64,000 nucleotides of DNA from Chiloscyllium plagiosum (Eukaryota): contig NC_057756.1 in the NCBI RefSeq assembly GCF_004010195.1, forward strand, positions 405,805 through 469,804. Direction: 5' to 3'. Shown piece after piece: positions 1 through 12,211 of the stretch. A model generated the notes under the pieces. The model saw only the letters and a list, made by a program, of their open reading frames with translations. It was not told the origin of the DNA and did no database searches. The position numbers were made by a program, and so were the translations under genes. The number at the start of each line of letters is the position of its first letter. Within the stretch, counting starts at the first letter, position 1.

Positions 1-295
1 TTTCTTCCTTTATTTCCCACAATCCTCTGGGATGCATGAGATCAGGGTAGACTGTTTACAGGTACGTCGAAACATCAAAATTATAAGCATATGATAGGAC
101 ACATGAAGTGGAAAATGGGCTGGTAAAGAAAATTGGAAGGTATTGGCAAATAATTTGAAAAGCAGTCCCAAACAATCGTTCTGTAATGAAAATGCTGGGG
201 GGGGGGTAGTAGGAAGAATTATAGATCCGTGTAGGGTGGAAGTGCATGATATATGTTAAGATCACTAAAGAATCGTGATGAATACTGCGCTCATA

Positions 296-614
296 CTTAG
301 AACCCCTACAGTGTGGAAACAGCCGTTTGGCCCAGCAAGTGCACACTGACCCTCCAAAGAGTAACTCACCCAGACCCATTGTCCTACTACGTTACACTTA
401 CCCCTGACTAATGCACCTCTCCTACACATCCCTGAAGACTGTGGGCAATTTTAGCATGGCCAATTCACCTAACCTGCACATCTTTGGATTGTGGGAGGAA
501 ACTGGAGCACCTGGAGGAAATTCATGCAGACACAGGGAGAATGTGCAATCTCCACACATGCAGTTGCCCGAGACTGGAATCAAACCCAGGTCCCTGGCGC
601 TGTGAGACAGCAAC
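296..614 (-). mobile_element. HE1-type V-SINE, 5'-truncated
   Basis: Same V-domain sequence as the other copies (..GTGCTCCAGTTTCCTCCCACAATCCAAAGATGTGCAGGTTAGGTGAATTGGCCATGCTAAATTGCCC on - strand), plus a CR1-like tail. Confidence 0.9.
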
Positions 615-779
615 AGTAAATTTAAGGTGGTGTGAAACTTGACTAAATGAAGGTAAGTGGAACTGTAGACTAGCCTTTGAGTAGAATCAATGCCTGTCCA
701 GTTTGGAATAGAGACTTCGAAAGCACACAAAGGATAAATTATACAATAAGTTGTTATATTAATTAAGATTGCAAAGATA

Positions 780-1265
780 TGAAAGGTTTAACAGAGGACT
801 TGGGAGCAACAAATTTGACAATTTAAGCTCAGAAGGAACTGAGAGATCTCAAATTATTGCAATGTTGTCATTTTTGCATGCCTGATGGACAAGATTCACA
901 AGGCACATTGAATGGAATGATCTTTGGGTTAATTGCTTTTGAGTTCATTACAGATTCAGGAATGGCTGGAGTCCAGAACCAGGGATTGCAAGATAGGAAA
1001 TATACCATTTAGGACAAAAATAAGACGAAAGGTATTCCCCAACAGGAATGGTGATTCCTTTGAGTTCTCTGCCCCAGAAAGTGTTTGAAGCCAAGACATT
1101 GAATATTTTCAAGTATGGAATAGATAATTATCTGAGGGTGAAAGGGATGAAAGGATATTGGAAGAAAACTCGAAGCAGGGTATTGAATTGTACAGTCAGG
1201 GATGATATTATTGAATAGAGAAGCAGGTTCGGAGGGCCGAATAGACTCTTGCTGCTCGTCCGTTC
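780..1265 (+). mobile_element. Old, degenerate CR1-type LINE 3' fragment
   Basis: Weak similarity to the CR1 3' ends elsewhere in the window (..AGAAGCAGGTTCGGAGGGCCGAATAGACTCTTGCTGCTC..). Confidence 0.5.
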
Positions 1266-1439
1266 TATGCCTTTCTGTTTCGTTGAGATGGCGCTTCAAA
1301 CCATCAGCAACTGATTATCTTGAGTTGCTGCATTACTTTTGCTGTTTCAGTCAGGTTGCTGGAATTGTCAGTGAAAACTACTGCTTTCAGTCTCTGTGGA
1401 AGTTTGGGATGCTCTGTTGCTTGATGAAGGTGAGGGGTA

Positions 1440-1672
1440 ATGTTTTCTTGCAGAGTGGTGCATGTATGGAAGGAGCAGCCAGAAGAATCATGAATGTGGG
1501 TACAATTGCAACATTTAAAAGGTATCCGAATGAGAAATGAATAGGAAAGCTTGAAAGGGATATGAGCCAAATGATAGCAAATGGGTTCAGATCGGTTAGA
1601 GATGATTGGACGGTGTGTATGACATGGACCGAAGGGTCTGTTTCCATAACGGCTAACTATATGACTCTGTGA
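1440..1672 (+). mobile_element. CR1/HER1 LINE 3' end
   Basis: ORF2 C-terminus (VGTIATFKRY) and 3' UTR ending GGGTCTGTTTCC..ATGACTCTGTGATT. Confidence 0.8.
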
Positions 1673-1861
1673 TTTCTGCACTCCGTTGCTCACAAGGATT
1701 GTTCTGTTTTCGTGTCACTAAGCTTTCTCTTTGGCATTTTCCTATGGTGTGTAGGATGTGAATTATGTCAGGGACTGTCTCTCTTGTGGCAATATAGTTT
1801 CATAAACAAGTCAGAAGTAAGAATGATATAACTTTAAAATTCCTCTGGGAATCTGAAAGAT

Positions 1862-1908
1862 TATAAAATAGTGTCACTAACAACGTTAATGCCATGTTTA
1901 CTTCACAG
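1862..1908 (+). promoter_or_regulatory. TATA-like box and/or branch point plus splice acceptor upstream of exon A
   Basis: TATAAAA at 1862-1868, CACTAAC (branch-point consensus) at 1875-1881, TTCACAG| at 1902-1908. Confidence 0.45.
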
Positions 1909-1941
1909 GTTTTGACTTCTTCACCACGGAACAGCTCCTTC

Positions 1942-2017
1942 ATGCGTAAAATGCTGGAATTGTTTACCATTGTAGATAAAGTCTATTACATCACTATTGC
2001 TGCTATTGGCGTCCCTG
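1942..2017 (+). CDS. Coding exon A of a probable G-protein coupled receptor 139-like (class A orphan GPCR); N-terminus and TM1
   Basis: Reads MRKMLELFTIVDKVYYITIAAIGVP+G, then a canonical donor G|GTAAGT at 2017/2018. The phase-1 join to 22040 gives ...IGVP-V-NTLAIVILSQGK, matching GPR139 TM1 (VYYSLLLCLGLPAN). The start is uncertain: in-frame ATGs at 1894, 1942 and 1951. Confidence 0.8.
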
Positions 2018-2034
2018 GTAAGTTTTGTTTTGAA

Positions 2035-2118
2035 ATTTATTCATGGGATGAGGGCATCGTAGTCTTGGCCAGCAATTATTGCCTATCCTTAAAAGGCCAG
2101 AGGCAGTTCAAGAGTCAA
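2035..2118 (-). mobile_element. tRNA-derived SINE (family C), 3' part; continues at 5213
   Basis: Matches the family C copies at ~24800-24985 and ~55260-55580. Split by an insertion flanked by AGTCAA (2113-2118, 5213-5218). Confidence 0.7.
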
Positions 2119-2133
2119 AGAAAAAACAAAGAA

Positions 2134-2559
2134 TGACGAATTGAATTGAATTGAATTTATTGTCACGTGTTCCGAGGCACAAGAAAAAGCTTTGTCTTGC
2201 GAGCAATACAGGCAGATCACAGAGTTAAGTAGCATAGATAAGTACATAGTGGCAAAAACAAAAACACAGGTACTGGCAAATGTTAAGAGTTTGTGAGCCC
2301 ATTCTGTATTCTAACAATAGTAGGTTAGAAGCTGTTTCAAAACTACTGTTTCAAAGTGTTCAGGTTTCTTTACCTTCTCCCCAATGGTAGAGATTGTTAG
2401 AAAAATGTTGTCAGGGTGGGATGGATCTTTGAGAATCCTTGACAGCGGGCCTGGTAAATGGATTCTATAGATGGGAGGTTGGTCTTTGTGATTGTCCAGG
2501 CCGAATTCACCACTGTCTGTAACTGTCTCCGATCTTGACTGGTACAGTTGCTAAACCCA
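2134..2559 (-). mobile_element. Rex1/Babar-like LINE 3' fragment
   Basis: The - strand translates FSNCTSQDRRQLQTVVNSAWTITKTNLPSIESIY, typical of the Rex1 RT C-terminus. (TTCAA)n tail at 2138-2157. Confidence 0.7.
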
Positions 2560-5212
2560 AATTACAACACAGGAAAAGGCCCTTTGGTCCTGCAAAATCT
2601 GCACCGATCTAGATTTTCTATCCAAACCTGTCACCTACTTTCGAAGGATCTGGCTCCCTGCCCATTCATGTTTCTGTCTAGATGCTTCTTAAATGATACT
2701 ATCATGGCTGTCTCTACCACCTCCACGGGCATAGCGTCCCAGGCAACCACCACCCTCTGCATAAAGAACTTTCCACGCATATCTCCCCTAAACTTTTCCC
2801 CTCTCACCTCGAACTCGTGACACCTAGAAATTGAGACCCCCATTCTGGGAAAAAGCTTCTTGTTATCTACCCTGACTATACGTGTCATGATTTTGTAGGC
2901 GTCAATCCCCTCAACCTCCATCTTTCTAATGAAACCAATTCTCAACCTCTCTTCATAGCTAGCCCCCTGCATGCCAGGAAACATACTAGTGAACCTCCTC
3001 TGCACCCTCTCCAAAGCATCCACATCCTTTCGGTAATGTGGTGACCAGAACTGTATGCAGTATTCCAATTGTGGCCGAACCAAAGTGCTATATAACTGTC
3101 ACATGGCCTGCCAACTCTTGTACTCAAAACCCTGTCCGATGAAGGAAAGCATATTGTATACTTTTCTGACCACTGCATTGACTTGTGTTGTCACGTTCGA
3201 GAAACAAGGAACCTGGGCACCCAGATCTCTCTGTACATCAATTTTCCCCAGGACTTTTCCATTTACTCTTTAGTTTGCTCTTGAATTGGATCTTCCAAAA
3301 TGCATCAACTCGCATTTACCCAGATTGAACTCCATCTGCCATTTCTCTGCGCAACTCTCCAATCTATCTATATTCTGCTGTATTCTCTGACAGTCCCCTT
3401 CATTATCTGCTACTCCACCAATTTTAGTGTCATCTGCAAACTTGCCAATCAGGCTACTTATGCCTTCCTCCAAATCATTTTGTATATCACAAGTAACAGT
3501 GGTCCTAGCACAGATTCCTGTGGAACACCACTGGTCACAGGTTTCCATTTTGAGAAACTCCCTTCCATACTAATCTCTGTCTCCTGTTGCCCAACTAGTT
3601 CTCTATCCATCTAGCTAGTACACCCTGGACCCCTTGTGACTTCATTTTCTCCATCAGCCTGCCATGGGGAACCTTATCAAATGTCTTACTGAGGTCCATA
3701 AATATGACATCGACAGCCCTTCCCTCATTAATCAGCTTTGTCACTTCCTCAAAGTTATTAAGTTGGTAAGACACGACCTTCCCTGCACAAAACCATGTTG
3801 CCTACCACTTCCAAATATAAATAGATCCTATCCCTCAGTATTTTTTCCAGCAGCTTCCTCCTCCTTCTACCTCCTTCCTTATGCTGACTTGGACTAGAGA
3901 AATCAAACATCTATCCCTACCCTCAAAATCCGTCATGTCCTTCTCCTCGGTGAATATTGACGCAAAATAATCATTAAGAATCACGCCCATTTTCTCTGAC
4001 TCCATGCATAACTTTCCTCCTTTGTCCTTGAGTGGGCCAACTCTTTCCCGAGTTACCCTCCTGTTCCTATTCACCCCACTTTCCCCCCTAACCTATCACC
4101 TTCATCTCCTCCCCCACTCACCTATTGTACTCTATGCTACTTTCTCCCACCCCACCCAACAATGTTAGCCAAAAGTGCCCCCAAGGAAATTAGTTCCAGC
4201 CTGGCCAGGTATAGACCACCTGTTTGAAATAGTCCCACTTTCCACAGAAGTGGCCTCAATGTCCCAAAAATCTGAAACCTTCCCTCCTGCACTATCTCTT
4301 AATCCACGCATTCATCCTGCTTAATCCTTCATTCCTACTCTGACTAGCACGCAATCCTGAGATTACTACCTCTGCGGTCCTACGTTTTAACTTGGCTCCT
4401 AACTCCCTAAATTCTGCTTGTAGGACCTCATCCCATTTTTTACCTATATCATTGGTGCCTATATGCACCATGACAACTGACTGTTCACCCTCCCTCTTGA
4501 GAATTTTCTGCAGTCGATCCGAGACATCCCTGACCAGTGCACCTGGGAGGCAACATACCATTCGGGAGTCTCGCTTTCAACCACAGAGCTGCCTACATAT
4601 TCTCCTTACAATTGAATTCCCTATGACTATAGCCCTTCCACTCTTTTTTACCACTCTTCTGAACAGCAGAGCCAGCCAGGGTGTCAGAAACCTGGTTACT
4701 GCTGCCTTCTACCTGATGAGCCATCTCCCCTAAACATATACAAAATGGTTTACCTGTTTTGGAGGGATTTGACTGAACTACCTTCCTGCTCTTTCTCTGC
4801 CTTTTGGTTACCCATTCCTTTTCTCTCTCAGCAATCCCAATCTGCGGTGTGACCAATTTGCTAAACGTGCCATCCATGACCTCCGCAGCATCACGTACAC
4901 TCCAAAGTGAGTTGGCCCACAGCTCTAGAGTCATCATGCAGTCTAGCAAGAGCTGAGACTGGTCACACTTCCTGCACGGGAAGGGGTCCGGGACATCAGC
5001 CGTGTCCTTGAGCTCCCACGTTGAGCAAGAGGAGCATAACACGGATCTGAAATCTCCTGCCATTTTTAAACTTAACTTAGTCTTAATTTAGGTAAATGAA
5101 ATAGGAAAGAAAAGTTTATTTTACCAATCACACAATAAAATAAAAAAAAAACAAAAACCTTATCTTATCAACTCACCACAGAGTCCATTTTTTTGGTGAG
5201 AGGAGGAGGGCC
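2560..5212 (-). mobile_element. Internally deleted CR1 LINE (5' UTR, ORF1 zinc finger + SGNH esterase, ORF2 RT end)
   Basis: ORF1: CSSC..CRKC, CLPGA, HIGTNDIG. ORF2: KFADDTKIGG, RPQLEYCIQFWSPHY. Frameshifted. Confidence 0.92.
4073..4158 (+). mobile_element. Short Penelope-like (family B) fragment at a deletion junction inside CR1
   Basis: CCTATCACCTTCATCTCCTCCCCCACTCACCTATTGTACTCTATGCTACTTTCTCCC matches 62480-62620. Confidence 0.65.
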
Positions 5213-5450
5213 AGTCAACCACATTGTGTGGAGTCTCATGCAGATTTGACCAGATAAAAATGGCAGCTTCTTTCCCAAAAGGATATGGCTTTTTATTTCC
5301 AACAATCTACATCATTAGACACTTAATTCCAGATTTATTTATCATTGAATTCATCTGCCATGATAGGATTCTAACCCAGGTCTCCTCGCTCTTACCCGGG
5401 TCTCTGGATTAATGGACCATTGGGATCTCCATTAGATTACAGCCTACTCT
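5213..5450 (-). mobile_element. tRNA-derived SINE (family C), 5' part
   Basis: Continues the element from 2118. The B-box-like GGGTTAGAATCC lies on the - strand. Confidence 0.65.
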
Positions 5451-5925
5451 CAGCATAACTTTTAAAAACAGTTGCATGAATCTGTGCATTGGAATACCAT
5501 GCCACAGGACTTATATTTAGCTCAAAATATTGCCAATGTCGAATTGGGTTAATTGCGTATTTGTTGGCACTGCCATCATTGAATATGATTATCAGGATTG
5601 TTGTAAGTTTTGACTTGACCTTATGTAAGTGATTGCATTGAGTTGATCATGCTCAGGGAAGCATTTTCTTGTTTAGTGAATGCAATCCCCTGCAAAGTGG
5701 ATTTTTCTTTTTCCATTGAACAATGAAGGTTTTTTTCTTTCAATGAGTAGTTTTGAGGAATTAGTGATGATACTTCCGAATCCCAGTGGGTTATACTAAT
5801 GGAAAACATTCATTAGCACGTCACCCTAGGACTGAGTATATTTTTACAGTCCTGGACACAATTAGGGATTGGAAATGTCGCATTGTTTCCAGAAATGCAT
5901 TGATTGGTTTGAAGTGGATTAATTC

Positions 5926-6495
5926 CATTATGCACCAGGCCAGACTCTCTCAACATATTTTAAGAATGTGACGTGGACCATGATTTTTTCTTAGTTTAAA
6001 GAGAGATGTGAAATAGATATTCCAGTCATGACACAGCTGGTTAAACCACTCGGCTTTAAGTAGAACAGAATTTACTTCAATTGTACAATTGAAACACTAA
6101 CAAAACAAAATGGAATTTAGAATAACGTAACTATTGGAAATGGTAACCGACTCGATACAGCAACTTAATTAAGGAGCTGTTCCATTGCCTGCAATATCCC
6201 ATAAACATACCCCTTGGAAATAGATAAATTGAAAGGTATGTTCTTACAGACAGGAGAGATTTCAGAGAGAGAAGCCAGTCAAGAATCATCTGCATTGAAC
6301 CTGTTTGCACTGTAGCAGCTTTTCTATTACAACGAAACCAGATTAAATAAATATCTGAACCGGCAGAACTGGTCACTCCCTTGATATTGTTAAAACAGAC
6401 ATTTCCAGCCATTTCAGCAGTTCTGCCTTTACAACCTCTCCTAAAAAATATCCTCAAAGACAATATAATCTTGTTAAAGTGACAACATTGTCACA
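5926..6495 (-). repeat. 3' LTR of Gmr1-like element 1
   Basis: Aligns with 10021-10605 and ends ..GTCACA on +, followed by the PPT complement CCTCCCCCCTT. Confidence 0.85.
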
Positions 6496-7784
6496 CCTCC
6501 CCCCTTAAAGAAAGAACAATTAATATACAAAGATGGCTTCATTTAAAAACTCTTTAGTCTTACTCTGTTGGTAGACAACAATAAATTTCCATTTCATTGG
6601 CAGTAACCATGCAAACATGCACTGCTACAATCTAATTCAGTCTGTTTACTCTTGCCACCGAGCACCTCTGTTTTCATTCAAGTTTCGACATACGTCGGCA
6701 ATTACATTTTCTTGTCCTGCCACATGTACAGTTTTTAAATTGAATGGCAGCAATAATAAACTTAACCTAAACAGTCTGGAATTTTTGTCCTTAAAATTCT
6801 GCAAAAACCTTAATGGGTCATGATCAGTATATGATTATCTCAACCACCCATTACTGGCAACGTAAATATTAAAATGTTGTAACAACAAAAGCAAACTCAA
6901 AGGCTTCTTGCCAGTGGTCAAATATTTCTATTGTTGCATGTTCATTTTTTTGGGAACTATCCAATAGGTCTTTCTAGCTTGTGGTCATCCTCTTGTAAGT
7001 GCACAGCACCAGCATCCACATCACTAGCATTGTTAACCACCTTGAATGGCTTTGTATCATTAGGTGTGGCTAATACTGGGGCCATGGTTGATGCAGCTTT
7101 CAGGATGTCAAATGTGTTCTGACAGTCTGACTGTCTGAAACTGTTTGTCCTGCTTCAATAATTCAGTGAGTGGAGCAGTCACACTGCTAAAGTTCTATAC
7201 GAATTTCTGATAAACCCAGAAATCATAGTGCTGCTCCTTTCGTCAATGGTATGGGAAACTCCCCAGTCACCTTTGTTTTCACTTTCCAGGGCCATCTGTC
7301 CATGTCCAATGACATGGCTAAGAAATGTGACTTGGCTTTGGCGAATTCACTTTTAGCCAGGTTTATCACCAAGTCTGCTTCCCAAAGTCGATTGAATAGA
7401 TCTGATAATTGCTGCAAAAGTTCGTTTCCTGCGTGACTAAAAATCACCAGGTCTTCAATATATACCACACAATTAGTCATCTAGAAATGACTTTATTGGT
7501 TAGTCTTTGAAATGTGGCCTGTACATTTTTCATATCAAATGGGATGACTTTAAATTGATACTCTCTACTACAAAAGCTAAAATTGTCTTTGGTCTTAAGG
7601 ATAAAGGTACCTGTGAGTTTCCTCTGAGTAAGTTCAACTTAGAAAGAAAAGTTGCTTGTCCCAGCTTCACAATACAGTCTTACAAATGTGGGATCAGGTA
7701 TGAATCAGACTTTGTAACTGCATTGACTTTGCAGTAGTCTACACATAACCATTGTGTACCATCTGGTTTGGGGATCACTACTGT

Positions 7785-8096
7785 TTAGATTAGATTAGAT
7801 TACTGACAGTGTGGAAACAGGCCCTTTGGCCCAACAAGTCCACACCAACCCGCCAAAGCGCAACCCACCCATACCCATTCCCCTACACCTAACACTGTGG
7901 GCAATTTAGAATGGCCAATTCACCTAACCTGCACATTTTTGGATTGTGGGAGGAAACCAGAGCACCTGGAGGAAACCCACGCAGACACAGGGAGAATGTG
8001 CAAACTCTACACAGAGAGTCGCCTGAGGCAGGAATTGAACCCAGGTCTCTGATGCTGTGCGGCAGCAGTGCTAACCACTGTGCCACCATGCCGCCC
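7785..8096 (-). mobile_element. Full-length HE1-type V-SINE inserted in the Gypsy RT
   Basis: tRNA head GGGCGGCATGGTGGCACAGTGGTTAGC, V domain and (AATCT)n tail. RT sequence resumes on both sides. Confidence 0.93.
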
Positions 8097-10020
8097 ATAT
8101 GGGTGAGGTCCAGTCACTGCAACTCACTTCAATTATCTTGCCTTAGAGCATGTGTTCAATCTCTTTTTGAACTTGTGCCAACGTTAGAGGGTTAAGTGTA
8201 TAAGGATGTTGCTTAATTGCAGAATCCTCTGAACGGAGTTGTTTTTTAATCAGTGTTGTAAACAATAACACATTCATCATTTGCTTTCCTTCCCCAACAA
8301 AGGACCCTTTGAACATAGTCACATGACACACTATGCCAGATTTCTTTCTGTCTGGCGTTCTTATCAAATAGGTCACCTCACTCACTCTTCTTTCGATTTG
8401 ATAAGGGTATTTAAGCGTTGCTATCACTTGAAGTAACGCTAACACTTTATTTCAGTTAGAAAAATTGAGAATTTTTGATTTCTTTGGCTTCCTGTTTCTG
8501 TGTTATTTCAAATATTTGATCAAACATAGTTTCTGATCATTCTACTTCAACTCCCTTATCTCTATTCTTTGATTTGTCCTCCTGTTTCAACTGGTGACTT
8601 TGCGACCTTGTTGCCATGCAGTCAGGAAAACTCCCAGGATATATTTCCTCTAATACTTCAGTTAACTGATTTTTCACTGGCTTCTCAACCACAGTAGGCA
8701 GTCCTCCTACCTGTGACCCAGCTATATAGTTAGCAAGGACAACTTGTATTCCTAGAACTGAGATTTTTCCAGTACCCCTACCACCACTGGACCCTCTAAT
8801 CTTACTCTACATAATTGAGCAGTTCTTGTCTTACATGAATTCCATATACTAGCACTTCTTTTCAGGCAATAGCTCTTCTGAGTTACATACTACTTTCTCA
8901 CAATATCAAAGATTCACACAATTCCGTAACTCTTAATTCTGTAACTTCTTTACCTGCTGCTCCTGGCCAATATAAGTAAATCTTACCTTTGCAAGTAAAT
9001 AGTTTAAGAAGATTTGGTACTTCATCCTTAACTAACGTCCGACCAGGTTGTACATTCTGGTGCAACTTTTTTAGCTTCCACTGCACTTTCCTTTACCACT
9101 TCATCAAAATTCGCTGGCTTATCCTTCCCAGTGCTTTTTCTAAGCCACCAATCTGTGATTTCATGTGGGCCACTTTATTGCATTGAGAACACTGCAGCTT
9201 TTTAACTTCTGTTTCCCTTTAATGGATTTTCTTTTTTACCCTGTGGTAAATTATCTTTATGATCATCACATAGATCTACATTTTCCTTACCGTGTAAGGA
9301 TTTCTCTTTACCCCCATTTCTATCCCTCATGGATTGAAATTGATGCTGGAAGCCAAACTTTGAACTATGAACCAACTCATAATCATCAGCCATTTTAGCT
9401 GTTTATCTGGCCGTTTTAACTTTCTGTTCTTCCACATTTGTTCTCATTATCTTTTTGAAGTCCTTCATCATTTCATGCTGACTTGACTGTCTAAGTGCCA
9501 ATTTATGAAGTGCAAGTCTCTAGTAGTCTCCCTTTCTTCTCTCTCTTTTCCCTATGCTCTCTCTCTTTTACTTTTTGTCCTGCGAAAGCCTTTCATTCTT
9601 TTTCTGTTTTCTCTGCTTTTAATCGCAATTCCAACTGGTCCGTTTCTTTTTCATGTTCCAGCTGCCTCATCTGCAACTGAATTCTCTCCATTTCCAAAGA
9701 ATCTGATGGTGTTACCAATAAATTTAAATGCCAAGCTAGTCATGCAGCCCTCTCCTTTTCTCGTGAACACAGGCAACTCCAATTCCAGTTTCTCTGCCAA
9801 TTCCAGCGGGTTTGCCTTGCTCACCTTTGGTAAAACCCCCAAAATAACTTCTTCCAACCCCAGAAAACTCTTAGTGACTGAAAGAGCCATTACTGTAGCA
9901 AGCACTGTTTAAACCAACTGTGTTCAATACCCAGAACAAAAGACACTAACACCTACCACTCGTCGCCTTTGAGTCCAGCAACCCTGATCTGAAATTGGAA
10001 TGATTAAATAAATAAAGATT

Positions 10021-10605
10021 TGTTATGCACCAGGTCAGACCTCATTAAAATATTTTAAAAAGGTAGCCTAGATCCTAACTTTTTCTTATTTTAAAGGCAG
10101 ATCGCAAGTGAATATTCCAGGTGCGATGCAGCTGGTCAAACCACTCGGCTTTAAGCAAAACAGAATTCATTTAAACATGGCAGCTAAAACATGAACAAAA
10201 GAAAACTGAACTTAGAATAAGTTAACTATTGGAAAACCTAACTGAAGTGCTACAGCAACTTAACTAAGGAGGTGTTCCAATTCCTGTAACATCCCATAAA
10301 CATATCCTTTGGCGAAAGATAGATTCGAACACAGGTTATTACCAGCAGAGAGATTTCAGAGAGAGAAGGTTGTTAAGAATCATGTGCTGACGAATGGAAG
10401 CTGTTTACATTGGAACAGCTTCTGCTACAGCTACCAGCAGCTTCTCTGCTACAATTAAACCGAACTACAAAAAAAATTGAACTGCCCACTCCCCTGCCAT
10501 TGTTGAAGTAGGCATTCCTAGATATTTCACATCTCTGCCTTTGTGACCTCTCTTCAAGAAACCCCAAAGTCAGAATAACCTTGTTAAAGTGACTGCATCG
10601 TCACA
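10021..10605 (-). repeat. 5' LTR of Gmr1-like element 1
   Basis: TGTTATGCACCAGG...GTCACA termini (TG..CA). Aligns with 5926-6495. Confidence 0.85.
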
Positions 10606-11000
10606 ATCTGCTTTCCCAACAACAGCTCCATAACTGATCACTTGTGAAGTCTCAATTAAATTAAGTATGTAGTGTCTGCAGTTATTCACCACTGTCCCTC
10701 TGTAATTCCTGGCCATTTACTCTCTATAACTCTCTCTCTTTCCATAAGGGATAATTTAACTGAATTCTGACTTTGCTTACTATATCAGTAGAGAGATGTA
10801 GAACGGAATAACACACCATTGTTGTTTAAATCGCAACAGAATTCAGACTTGCAATTATGAAATACATGAACAATCATTTTAATAAAATCAGTATTTCAAT
10901 CCACACTATACTAAAAGTAGTTATTTCACAATTATATCAGTAGCAGACAATTTGTAACCAAACTAACATCAATCAATCCTGTTTTTTTTTCTACTTAGTT

Positions 11001-11056
11001 GTTGGCTTAGCTGAGTTGGCTGGGTTGTTTCCTTACAGAGCAATGTATGCTGGCAG
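11001..11056 (+). mobile_element. tRNA-derived SINE (family B), 5' head fragment
   Basis: GGCTTAGCTGAGTTGGCTGG A-box-like head, matching the reverse complement of 20100-20125. Confidence 0.5.
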
Positions 11057-12017
11057 TAGAGTATTGAACATAGAATGTTGAGCATCACAGCGCAGTACAG
11101 GTGCTTCTGCCCTCGATGTTGAGCTGACCTGTGGAACCAATGTGAAGCATATCTATCCTACACTATTCTGCTTTCATCCATATGTTTATCCAATGACCTT
11201 TTAAGTGCCTTAAAGTTGGCGAGTCTACGACAGTTGCAGGTAGTGCATTTCACGCCCCTCTGCATAAAGAATCGACTTCTGACATCTGTCTTATATCTAT
11301 CACCCTTCAATTTAAAGCTATGTCCCCTCATGCTAGCCATTAGCATCTGAGGAAAAAGCCTCTCCCTGTCCACCCTATCTAACCCTCTGATTATCTTATA
11401 TGTCTTAATTAAGTCATCTCTCACCCTTCTCTCGAATGAAAACAGCCTCAAGTCCCTCAGCCTTTCCTCATAAGACCTTCCCTTCAACCCAGGCAACATC
11501 CTTGTAATTCATGTCTGAACCCTTTCCAAGGCTTCCACATCCTTCCTATAATGTGGTGACCAGAACTGTATGCAATACACCGAGTGCGGCCGCACTAGAA
11601 TTTTGTACAGCTGCAACATGACGTCATGGATCCAAAACACAATCCCTCCACTAATAAAAGCTAACACACTGTTTGCCATCTTAACAACCCTATCAACCTG
11701 GGTGTCAACTTTCAGGGATCTATGTACATGGACATTGAGAGCTTTCTGCTCATCTACACTGCTAAGAATCTTACAATTAGCCCAATACTCTGTATTCCTG
11801 TTGCTCCTTCCAAAGTGAATCATCTTAAACTCCATTTGCCACATCTCAGCCCAGCTCTGCAGCTTATCTATGTCCCTCTGCAACATGCAACATCATTTGG
11901 CACTGACCACAACTTTTCTTAATGTCAACCACAAATTTACTAATCCATCCTTCTACGCCCTCATCTAGATCATTTATAAAAATGACAAACAGCAGTGGAC
12001 CCAAAACAGATTCTTGC
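11057..12017 (-). mobile_element. CR1 LINE 3' fragment (RT C-terminus)
   Basis: LQRDIDKLQSWAEMWQMEF, LVRPHSVYCIQFWSPHYRKDV. Confidence 0.92.
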
Positions 12018-12210
12018 ACCATAGTCTTCACAAACCATTGGGTGGGGAGGGGGGGGAGGGGGGGGTCCTGCTCTTTCATTAGAGAGAACCAATTGCTGGC
12101 AATTCAATTCCCATCACTGATTTGAGGTAACTATGAAGGACTCTCCTTCTAAAACTCTTCCCTTGTATTCGGTCTGGTGACTCTCAGGTTAAATCGCCAC
12201 CAGTTGCTTT
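12018..12210. mobile_element. Family B SINE pieces in opposite orientations
   Basis: 12018-12099 matches the - strand tail (compare 19198-19226 and 19942-19970). 12100-12210 matches the + strand body (compare reverse complement of 19960-20060). Confidence 0.6.
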
Positions 12211-12211
12211 T

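Larger units (their letters stand above)
5926..10605 (-). mobile_element. Gmr1-like Ty3/Gypsy LTR retrotransposon, decayed deletion derivative
   Basis: Two related LTRs (5926-6495, 10021-10605) and a PPT AAGGGGGGAGG next to the 3' LTR. Remnants in - strand order: gag, zinc knuckle, protease, integrase C-terminus (YPYQIERRVSEVTY), RT (YIEDL), RNase H. Confidence 0.88.
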
